Shown in pieces: positions 38,576-51,324 of a stretch of DNA of 64,000 bases. The notes below the pieces were generated by a model. That model saw only the letters and a list, made by a program, of their open reading frames with translations, did not search any database and had not been told where the DNA came from. The DNA is from Octopus bimaculoides (taxonomy: Eukaryota). The first letter of the stretch is position 1. Each line of letters starts with the position of its first letter. A program made the position numbers and the translations under genes. The stretch covers positions 55,219,570-55,283,569 of the forward strand of contig NC_068987.1 in NCBI RefSeq assembly GCF_001194135.2, in the 5' to 3' direction.

Positions 38576-41500
38576 TATGCTCATTCCTGGTTCTGGTTAG
38601 CTACATATACATGCACACAACTAGCTCTTTTGTTTGTCTGTCCGTTTGTCTCTTTATTCTTCTGACTGCAAATCTTAAGCAAATATTAATAGTTAGGATT
38701 CAAATCTGTTTTAGCAGAACACTATTTCTCTGTTTTCCTTCTGACTGTAGAATTGGTGTAAGGAATTCCATTCTCCACCTTATCTCCCTTCAGTCGTTTT
38801 TTGTTTTTTTTCCTTCTTAACCAATTTGTCTGTTCTCAGAGGCAGCTATAAGAATATTAAATTTAGTTTTTTTTTTTCCTCAATACAAAAAGAACAATTT
38901 TGCTCACAATTGATTTTTATTTGCCTTATGCTTTCCTTGAATTCACTTCCCAACATCTTTTCCCCTTTCTTCCCTCTGTGTGCGAGTTACAAAGATATTG
39001 TAAGCAAGGTTATGCCAGTTTGTCAAACAATTAGCTTAGCTGCCCTTTAGCTTTTAATGCAAGCTTAAAACATACATATTACAAATACACTGCTATTGAT
39101 TTTAAATTTGCTCTCTTTTGTACTTTTTTTCTTTTTTTTATTATTATCATAATTATTATTATTATTAAGTCTTAAAATTTCTCTTTTTTTTCTCCCTCTT
39201 TTTGCATGATTATTTTTCTTGCTTCTAACTACTTTAATTTACTGTCAAGTTCTTACTGCACATTTTGATGCTACTTTTTACCCCTTATCCCTTGCATACC
39301 TTGATCACTTTGTCTATCTTAATAACCACGTTTACCCTGATCGTGTAGCTTCTTATGCTGGGGTTTCATCAAATGAATCCTTATCCCTTGCATACCCTGA
39401 TCACTTTGTCTATCTAATAACCACGTTTACTCTGATCGTGTAGCTTCTTATGCTGGGGTTTCATCGAATGAATCCTTTGTTTGACTTTCTTGACACAGTT
39501 TAGACATAAAGTGTGTGTGTGTGTGTGTGTTCAGTTCAATTCATTATTTTCTTACAAATACACTGCAAAGTCTGTGTATATATGTGTGTGTGTGTGTGTA
39601 CTTATAGAGTAATAAAAGAATGTAAGGTATTTCTGCTATTGTGAGGGGGGAAAATATGTGTGTATATTTCAGTATATATGTACATTAAGTAACTATTAAT
39701 CTTAATGATCTTACAGAAACACACCTTCATCCATGTTCATCTGGTTTTTAACATTTTTCTCCCCACCAACACCACTTTAAAAACATAATAGACATCACTA
39801 CAGAGCAATCCTGATGCTTCTTTCATATGGATCATACATTCTCTCTAAAATTTGGCCACCAAATGGTGTGAATTGATCTTTGTAAATAGAAACAGATTGG
39901 ACTTAACCCTTTTGATACTATCCTGCCTCCTCTTCTATTATAAAATTTCCCATTTTAAAGTGACCTGAATCAAACTGTCCCTAATTCTATGTTATAAATT
40001 TCCTGTTTCAAAGCAATCTAAATTAAAACCTTCCATCAAAAATTCATGCTAATTTATGTTCCACACACTCTAGCTTAACATTTTAGCATTGAAACAGGCC
40101 ATATCCTACCTACTTTATTTTTTGAACGACATTGTAGGATAGGTCTGAGGGGCCAGATTTGGCCAGTTTGAAAACAAATTACCTCATCATCAGAATCTCG
40201 AAATCACTAGATAAAGTCATGATCAATTCAAAACAATGTGAATAAATAAGCGTCACATTTAACAGAATAACCTAAACTTTAAAGGTTTAATAATGACAGT
40301 TCTTTTACTAAATTCTTCACTATTTTCAAAATTAATTGCAACAAAGGCATTGTATGTCAATAGAAATATGATAACAAAAGGGTCGATTACAACATAAAGG
40401 GAGCATCAAAAGTTGATTGTAGAGATGTGTTACTAATTGTCAGAAAGTTGCAGCTACTAGGAACTGCATAGGGGTGGGATGGCCGGTGGGGTTAATTGAA
40501 GTGTGACTTTAACCTTTTTATTTTGTTGTATTTTTTGTAGGGTTGTTTTTACTCATCATTTGCAGTGTGTATTTATTGTATATTTAATGTTTATTTCTTA
40601 TGCTGCTATTTGAATTTTTATCTTTTGTGTGTTTTTGTTGTTTTCGTTTTTTTTTTTTAAAGTTTCTGATTGGTATGTTGACCATAAAATATTACCTGAC
40701 AACTGCATGGTTGATTGGCTCAATAAACTTTGAAGCCTCTCCAATGATGCTGAAAACGTTTTGGCCTCTCTCTCTATTTTTTTATTAGAGGATATTAAAT
40801 ATGATTATCATCGTTGATAATGTTTGAGAGGTTATCTTAACTTAGATTTTGCTTCAGTGTTTGGTCATATGTTATATGAGACAGGTGTGTGAGGTTATGA
40901 TTGCAGATTTCATAATCTAAACAATCTTGGTTACTTCTGTTTTACTTGTTACTGTTCTGGTTAAGTCCTCTTCTACCCAAGTATGTTTTGATGAAACAAA
41001 CCTATTATCAGATATTTTCCAGCCTTGACCATCTCATCTTTTTATTTCCAAGGAGATATTTATGCTCAGCATTGCATGCAAAAACAAATAGATAAAATTA
41101 CCAAGACAGTGCTCCAGCAGACCATTGACTGAAACCAATAAAAGAATAAGTTATATAAACTGCTTACAGCAACGAACTAATTCTAGACATAGGAGAATTG
41201 ATTGACTTGGTTCTTCTTGTTATTGTTGTTGCTTAGATCCAGGTCAGCCCCAGTCAAGTAGACCTATTATCAAAGGACTTTTTATTTTTTGTCTGGTAGT
41301 TTGCAAATAGATCCAACTTACCTGTGTATCTTTTCTCTTAAGATTTTGTGGTGGGACACTCGGAGTTACGGTGAAGTGGATATGTATTCTAGTTTTTTGA
41401 TCTTGTTTGTATCATTTTTGGTAGCAGCAAATACTTTGAGATAGGAGGGGGGGTGCTTGTTAAGACATACCTCATCTCTGAACCAATTAGCAAATTTAAG

Positions 41501-42869
41501 TCAGTAGGTTGTTAATTAAAGAAAAACTTGGCTGCATTTTGTAACAGGCCAAGCTATCACACAGAGACTCTATCATTGATTTGCTGATGTCCTATTTCTG
41601 TAAGTTCATGAGATAATTTGACATTAACTTTGTATAGAGCTGTTGTTAGTTAGCGGCTATTAGTTGTTGCATAACTTTAATCAAGGTTGCAGAAACAGGA
41701 AACATCTGATTGAACAATATTTTATGGTTATTTCTAGTCATGGTGTGCTTTCACTGAAAGTAGATCTACCAAAAATTGGTGTGTTTTATTATTGTTAAGT
41801 TTACTAGATACATTGATGTTAAAGCTGTATAGAGCAGCTGTCACAGTTAGCTGCATTTAGTTGCTGTGTAACTTTGGTCAAGGCTGTAGAAACAGGAAAC
41901 AGTTGATTAAGTGGTATATTATTGATATTTCTAGTTGTGGTCATGAAGCCTTCATTGATACATTAGTTGATCTACTAAAGACTGGATTGAGCCAAATTAT
42001 ATAATAGAGCATATCTTCCAAAAATACAGCCTTTAAAATACTGATGTATATAACATTTAGAATGTGTATACAAGCATGAAATGACACTAGCTGTGATATT
42101 TTGTTTCTGAAATTTCTAACACAAGTGTCTGAAATTTTTCTTAGACTTGTTCCAATCCACCCTCGACATTGCACCCAACTATGTGTTTTGTAACTTACAA
42201 GTGCCTTTGAGAAGTTTCTCTGAGACAAAATATTATAGCTAGCACCATTCTACAATCTTATATGTATTACAAATATTGCACATATCATTAATTTAATTCA
42301 ATTCTAGCTTTCACACAAATCAATGAATTGTTTTTTTGTTTTTTTTTCTTTACTGATATCAATATCAGAACTGGCATTTTTTGGTTTAGTTCTGGTGAGA
42401 GAGGACTGGATTAGGTTAAAGCAACGTCTGATGATCCACTGATGACATTGAGTGAGCTGTGTTTTGTAACACATGCACGCATCTCATTGAGAATTTTCTC
42501 TGAGACGAAATATTACAGCTAGCATTGTTCTATATTTGTACGTATATTGTTACATGTACTACTATTTTAATCAAATGCAGTGTTAAGTGTGTATATTGAT
42601 TCAATATAGTCTTTATTTCAAAGATTATCTAGAGTTTCAATTTTGAAATGTTCAAAAAACTAGCGAGTTCTGGAAAAGTTCTTTAATTCTTTTTGTTTTG
42701 GTTAACTGTTGCAGAGGAGAGTGTTATAGTTTTATCAGTTCCTTTTTTTGTTGTTTCATACAAGATGTCATGTACAGTTGATACTTGGATGCAGTGCAGA
42801 TCACTGGGGTTATGAATTTAAATGCCTTTGCTTATAGAATTAGAGTACACTGGGGATGGTAAGTCTCTT

Positions 42870-42907
<38 letters not shown>

Positions 42908-42917
42908 NNNNNNNNNN

Positions 42918-42954
<37 letters not shown>

Positions 42955-43593
42955 CTAGAAGTGCACAAAGCAAAGTGTACAATTGTATTTAGCAAGTTCA
43001 TGTGCACTAACATGTGAAGACATTTGCCATGGATTGCTTAGGGAAAGAAATTCTCCTTATAAACACCACTGGGCTATGAATGATGTCATCATACCTTAGG
43101 ACATGTGTTTCTGCATTGTTACACTTCTTCAGATAGAGACACTGTATCCATCATTCACATTCCACTAAGAATTGCTGTTCTTTTATTTTCATATAGTCTA
43201 TAAGGAGAATTCTTATCCTAAGACATTTTTATCCATAGCAAAGCATTTCCCATGTCCAGGTGTACATGATCATATTAAATATAATTGTACACAATTATAT
43301 TTCAATCTCTGCTGTTTCATGTTCCTCTAGTTAATTAATTCTAGCTTGATACAGCTTTGTGCACATCAACAAATTTACTAATGTAAGAACAGCAGTTCTT
43401 ACCGGGCTATGACTGACAGATTTGGCTTCTATAGTTGATGAATCATAATGGTACAGAAACATGTGTCTTGTTGTCCACTGATGTCATTCATAGCCTAATT
43501 TCTACGGTGGAAATCTTTCCACATCCAAGTGGACACAAACATGTTGAATGTAATTGTATTCACTTTTTATATATGTGTATGTATATGTATATT

Positions 43594-43652
<59 letters not shown>

Positions 43653-43840
43653 TACTACTACTACTACTACAACCACAAAGCAAAGAAACACTGCTTTTGC
43701 TGATTCATAGGAATAATTCCTAAATAATATTTCAAATTCAACAATTCTGTTTCAGAAGTAATATCTATGAATGAGTGAAAGCAGAGTTTCTCTGCTTAAA
43801 CATTAAATTTGTAAATTATGCTTTATATATATATAAATAC

Positions 43841-43871
<31 letters not shown>

Positions 43872-44396
43872 TCTTGGTGCCTGAAAGATGGCACATAGCA
43901 AGAACTCCAAACAACAATAGAGAAAATCACCAGCTTCAAACAAATATATATTTATTTCAAATTTCTATACAAACATGGACAAGATTTTTCTGAGTTTTTT
44001 TTTCTTTTTATGTAGCCCGATGACCTTCCTGTCGCCAGCCCTTTTACTGTCTCTTATAACACACACCCTGTCCCTGCATACCTTGAGCCATCTGAAGAGA
44101 TTGGTAATAGGTTTGGCATATAGCCATAAAGCACAGTCTCAGAAAATCACCCAATCCATGCCAATATAGAACAGCAGATGTATAACAATGATGATGATGA
44201 TGTCTGATTTTCTTTTTTCTTTTTCTTTTTTTGTTTTCTTCTCTTTTAGAAATCCATTGCAGTAATGAAAGGGTGAGTAGATTTAAAATTTAATTTTAAG
44301 GGAGGCTAACAAGAAAAAATATTTCAGCTCTAATGAATTGTCGTCTAAAATGTCCATATCCATCTATGTGTGTGTGTGTGTTTGTCTCTCAATTGA

Positions 44397-44432
<36 letters not shown>

Positions 44433-47400
44433 GTTTGTTTGTGTGTGTGTGTGTGTGTGTGTGTACACACACACAAAGAATCTGAAGTGACATTGCTCAA
44501 TTCCAGTTTGTGCATGCGATACCTCCCACAGTCATGATAGCTGTGAAATTATTGTGCTGTACTACTGGCCTCATGGTCACAATTTTCAAACTTTATGCCA
44601 ATATTTTACACATGGCACATAACTCTGTCTTCCATGTAATGGATTAATTCAACTACACTGCCAGCAATATCATCTATGACATTAAATGCCGACTCTGTGA
44701 CTAAGTTATATGTAGGCAAAACTGGTCTGAGACTAGTCAATACATTTATTGAGCAGCTTTAGGATGTCTGACTATGCACTGTTAGATCACCTGTTACCCA
44801 CCATTACCTCTCACCTAACCACACAGATTAGCGCATATCCATTTCTAGCATCACCTTACACCATGATTCTCTTTTATCCCAGTTCCAACATAACAGTAAC
44901 TCATTTTTCACCTTGAAACAACTCAGCTAAATGGAATAAAACAACTGATTTTATTTCTTGTAGCTACATATATTTTCAGAAACATGCATATAAATGCTCA
45001 CACATTGTTGATCTAATTATAATAGCTATACATACACCTTACAATACACCATGTTTTACTTATAACTTTCATACACTTCAAATATATAAAATACTAACAC
45101 ATAAATATTTACACAGACATACATGAGTTACTCATCCATTACCACCCTTTACTATCACCTTTGTAGCTGTAAAACTCCTTTCCTTTTCCTTACTCCTTCC
45201 ATTTTTCCACTCATCACACAGCCTTTCTCTCTACTAACTCAACATACATTTTCATTTCATAGAACTTCTTTTTCTATTTTTTTCTCCCCTGTTCTTTCAT
45301 CTGAAGTGGGGCAGCAGTCCAAACTGTTGAATATTCTTTTTTTTTTCTTTTCCGGCTTTTAACTAATTTTATAAACATTGTATTTATAATATTGTTCTAT
45401 GTGTCTTTTATTTCTGAGACACTGCCTGGGACTTTCCGCCATACAGATAAAGGACTTACTCTTATTCGCAGAATACTTCATTTGGATCACATTGGACCCA
45501 TATTATCATTACGGGAACTGTGGATTGGCAGGATCATTAGTGTTGGGTAAAATACCTTGTTGTATTAGATTCAACATTTTATGTTCTGAATTCAAATCCC
45601 GCTAAGTTTAACTTGGCTTTTCGTCCTTTCAGAGTCAATAAAATAAAGTACCAATCAAGAATTGGTTGTTGATTTAATCAACTATTCCCCTCTTGTTAGA
45701 AACAATTATTGGTTATTGTTCCAGCTTACCTAGTTGACAAAAGTTGGTTTTATTCATTCATGATTGAGTTCTTAATTAAGGTGAGGAAGGATATCCAGCT
45801 GCAAAATTGATAGCTCCAGTAAATAAATCGTTCAACTTGTACCTGTAAATACACATTTCTCATTGTCAAAAGAACACGAGCTTGAGCTGACAGTGAGTTA
45901 ACTGTTCCGAAGAAAATTGCTATAATACTAACTTGTTTAACTTATGCTAGCATAGAGCATACACACACATATATATTACAAGATATGAAATAGGTGATCC
46001 CAAATTGGGGTGAATGTAATCCCTGAAGTGTACATTTCTCCTTGCTTAGGAATTAGATTTGTTGATCCTGGATTTGTACATTTTTTTTTATTTCAATTAT
46101 TTTTTTTTTTAAATGTCAAGTTATGAAGAAAATTAAGTGGACCTGTTTTGATTAAAAAAATACTAATTTTATTTTCTGCCACTTTTTATTTAATGACCTA
46201 TATCAAATACTTTTTAATTATTTACCAAGTGGTCTTATTCAGATGTCTGAGTTTGGTTCTGGTATCTGTTCATCATTATTAGATCATAAATAAGTGATAT
46301 TAGTATCGTTTTAACTTAGAAATAAGCATGTTTTAAAACAATATTTTAAATCCCACTCTTTATTTTGGCAGAAGTGTAAACTTGAATTATTGCACAAAGG
46401 AGTGCAGGAGTAAGTTTACTTTCAAACAGTTACCAAGATGTATTTTGGCTGAAAAATGTCAGGAACTCCTGTTGTAAGGCTAATGGTGATACATAATATT
46501 TTAACCAACCAGTTTTCCTGTTAATTTGTACTAAATTACATAATTTTTGATTCCCATAAAAAGATCAGATGCAAATTTGTATAATATTGGGTCAATTGAC
46601 TTTGCAACTTTATGTTGCATTTCCCTATTCTTATACCTTAAAGTATGAAGTAGGAGTGAAACTGTTTGTGTTAACTCAGTATGCTGTGGAAAACTTGGTT
46701 AACAAATAGCATGCAAAACTTCAGAGTTATGTGCCTTGCCTGGTTATCCCACACAATGGCTGTTGTAGTTATTAAGTTTGAAATTCTGTCCATGTAATTT
46801 CGTAGTGTCACACTTTAAATTCACAGCTGTATTTTGCTGGGAAATGTCTATACACACACATATATATAAATGAATCAATGTCATAACCTTGTGACCGAAA
46901 GAAGCTGGCTCACCATTGAGTTATAAATATTGTTTATATTTTCAGCCAAAATTGTGATTAAATATTTGAATTTATTTTATTTCTTTATTTACATTCTTTT
47001 CCTTTTCAGCTTTTATTTCTTTTTTCTGTTTCAAAGATGTTACCTTTTTGTTGTTAACTCAGTAAAAGTAGACCTATACTCTATATTAGAAAATTAATAA
47101 AACACATACAATTTCAGGGTACCTATAATATCAGGTCACATTAAATCTGCTGTTTCAGAAACAGTGATGTTCAGCTAATTACCCAACAGCTATTTATTTT
47201 ACCATTTCTGGTTCATGTTTCAATAATCTTATGTAGGATCCATAGAGTTTATGGTACCAGGCTATGTCCTATTTTCCTGATGGTCATGATAATCAATTCC
47301 TCCGTGAATTTAATCTCTGACATGTATCTGAAGGTTAACTCCAATCACAGGTGCACACTCACCAGGTAATTCATTGGGACATGCTTGAGAGTCCCACAGG

Positions 47401-50118
47401 CAAGCTGAAACGAAACAAGCCATATTATAATGATAACAGAGATTCATTGTGACAGAAAATTAATACCAGTTTTATAATGAAGTTTATTCAGGCTGTTACA
47501 GTCCTCTTATGAATTTATGGCTTCATACCAATATATAAGTAGCAGGATTGATAAAGCACCAAACAAACTGATATGCTGTATTTAGTTATATTTTGACATT
47601 AAGTTCAAATTTTGCTAGTGTTGGTCTTGTCTTCCATCCCATCAGAGTTAGAGTACATTATTTAGTATATCATACTGACTGTAAGTCTTCCCACCCAAAT
47701 TTGACACCTTGTGCTCATGTGAGAAATGTGTCGAAATCAGTAGAATGCCAAAGTGATTAGAAGTAGTTATGAGTTCCCCTTCTTTGCATTCTCATATCAG
47801 ATTTTACCAAAATTTCTGAAGGGTCAATGTTATTTACCTCATCCCTAAAAGAAACAAGGACTAGTGCCTGTGTTATAAATAATTTTTATCATGTTAAAAA
47901 TTATTATTATAACTATTAAAGTATTGAGCTGGCAGAATCATTAGTTTCAGAAAAATGCTTTGTAGCATTTCTTCTGCTTCTTCACATTTTCAGTTTAAAT
48001 TCTGCCAGGGTTGACTTTGCCTTTCATCCTTTCGAGATCAATAAATTAAGTACCAGTTGAGTACTGGGGTTGATGTAATTGACTAGTCCCCTCCCCAAAA
48101 GTTTCAGGCTCTGTGCCTATAGTAGAAAGGATTATTATCATTATTGTTGTTGTTGTTGTTGTTTTTCTTGTATTTTTATTGTTTTGATTTTAAATCCTTA
48201 AGATTGATTTAGCACATTTAAATTTCCTATTTGCTGCACTACCCTCACTAAACTTTACTACTCTGGCAACTACTCTTGCACTCTTAAGAAGCAATTGCAA
48301 GCTATGGGCATGAAAAACCATTCTTATTTAGCTCATCATATAAAAGGTAATAAAATAAACATCAAGAATGCATAGTTTGGGTTGTCTACTAAAAATTCAA
48401 ATTGCGTGTAGAAGTATCATCATTCTAGTTGAATTCTTAGTGATCACGACATTTAATATCAACTCTAACGACTCCAATAATAATTCATTGATATACAGAC
48501 CAATTAATTTTGTGAAAAAAAAAAGTCCCATACATGTCTGTGTAAACAGTCTTGCTGTAAAATAATTTTGAGTGCTAAAGTCATTAGAGAACATGTGCAG
48601 GACTAATAATAATATTAAAGTTTTTATATAATTATTAGAACACAAGAGACATGTGAAGATCTGTGTTAGCAAGAGTGACCACAGAAAAGGTAACATGTGA
48701 TGTGTGGCAAAATCATTCGTATGTTGGACAAAATACTTAATGGCATTTCTTCTGGCTCTTTACATACTCAGTTCAAATTCTGCCAAGATTGACCTTGCTT
48801 TCATTCTCTCAGGGCTGATAAAATAAGTACTAGTTGAGCAGTGCGGTCGATATAATTGACTTATCTCTCCTTTAAAATTATTGGCCACATGCCAAAATTT
48901 GAAATCATTATTGTACTGTGAAGAGAATAGTTACCTATATTTTGAGTGGAACCCTCCTACAGGGAAATTATTTAAGACTGGTTTCAGTCATGGGACTATG
49001 GTTATGCTGTCACAACATCTTTTAAAGCATTTAAATTGATCCTATTGGCAACAGTACTTATTTCAAGCTTGATATATATATAGATATAATCAAATATATT
49101 AGATTCTTGACATAAAAGAACACAACTTGACGAATTGATAAAATTAACATAGACACCCAAACACACACTTTCCACTTATAGTTACCAAATTCTACTCATG
49201 CAATGTTGGTCAACCCAAAGACATACGGCAAGACACCAAAGTTAGTGTGGAATGCAATGCAATTGGAATCACATGGTTACAAAGGAAACTTTTTAATTAC
49301 ATGGCTGTGTCTCTACCTCCAAATGTTGATAAATTTCATTCTCTACAATTCTACTGAACATGTTTTGATTTTTATCCTCCTGCAATTTTCACTGTTTGAA
49401 CTCCTCGTCTACTTTTTAGGGACTTTTAAATACCAAATTATTCTACAGCATAAATAAATATCTTTTATATATATAACTTTTTATTTTATAGAAATAACTT
49501 ATAAGTCCCATTAGCATAATAAATCCCATTAAGATGCAGCATGCAGAATTATTTTCTCACAACTGTAGAATTAATGAGAGCAAAGTGTCACATAGCTCAT
49601 ATTTTCCATAGGACAATTAACCTCATCTCCTATGTCTCTATTTAACCTTACCAGTTGCCTTCAGGTCTGGTATTTCACTTTCCTGATAATGATCTATCCA
49701 TTTCTTTCTTTTTGTGTGTTATAATTTACTGGTAATTGGCATCCAGTTTTTCTCCTTAAATTTTCCCCTTGCCTTCCTCTTCCACTTTGATTGTTGCCAA
49801 TCAACTAATCCTAATCATTTCATTCTACAACCTTGGCTCACCTCTACTCTGACTTTATTTTTTTTTTTTTAAATATATGTCATCTTTACATTGTTTTTCC
49901 CATGAAAGAGATGAAATTTGTTGTAGCAGTTTTTCTTACAACTAAATGTTCTTTATACTGTCAGCCACAAGTATAGAGAGAGTGAATGATTTATGAGACT
50001 GTCAAACAGGCAAACTTGACGAGGCTGAGTTATGTATCTTATCTAAGAGAACAACATGATAGCAGTTGCTTAAGAACTCTTGATAAGAAACTCAGCTCCC
50101 TTTGTCCTCAAAGCCATG

Positions 50119-50170
<52 letters not shown>

Positions 50171-51023
50171 GTTGGTGCTGTTTCTCAGTACCCTTCATTA
50201 TAATTATATCTATATAATTATATATCTATATTAATTCTTACCTATATGGTTTTTATTACATGCTGACCACTGGTAAGATCATTTATTCATTTTTGCACTT
50301 TCAACCTGTGCTAATGGAGTGTAAAATGATGTGGTCTTGGAGCCTTTTGACGTTTATCTCTAGCATGTTGGTGTTGTTTCTCGGTCCCCTTAATTATAAT
50401 TATATCTATATAATTATCTCTCTCTCTCACTATATATATATATGTATATAGATAGATAGATAGATAGATAGAATAATTCTAGAATGGAATTAATATTTAA
50501 TACATGCATTTCCACAAATCACATGACTTCAACATCAGAGTCTGTATCCTTAGGACACTTACAGTATAGTCCATAGTATCTGTGGGCATCCCAAGGATAC
50601 GGACTCTGATGTTAAAGTCAAGTGATTTGTGGGAATGCACATAACGATGCATTAAATATTTATAAAATACCATCCTAGAGTTATTATTATTACTATATTT
50701 ATCCTGCATTATATCAGTATAACTATGCTGCAACCCCCAAAAAACTGACTTACTAGTCGGTATCATTAGACAGTAGCCAGCATAATGAAATAGGAGTTTT
50801 ATTTGCATACCCTTAACGTTACCATAAACGAATTTAAAAGATATATATATATAAGGGATGACCACTAGGTGGACATCCAATATGCTAGAAAGAGGTCTAG
50901 CATATTGGATGTCCACCTTGTGGTCATCCCTTATACACAGGTAATACAATTTTTTCTGAATTTTCAGATTTTTTATATGCTAGGCCACTTGGTTTTAAAT
51001 TGAATTAATATTCAATTTATCGA

Positions 51024-51078
<55 letters not shown>

Positions 51079-51265
51079 ATCCTTAAATTAGGATTAAATT
51101 CATTAATTTAAGCCAGGGAAGTGTGCATATGTAGAAATATCAATTTCAGGATAGATCAGGGTCTCATATTTTCAAAGGCACAAACATGTAGTGTGTGAAA
51201 TGACCACATGGCCACACCCAACAAGTTCAATCATTGAGTGCACACTCACCTTTGTATACATGTTC

Positions 51266-51324
<59 letters not shown>

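Noticed and set aside
50497-50949. 150-aa minus-strand ORF
   Set aside because: Spans two inverted repeats, has no recognisable motif, and is best explained by chance.
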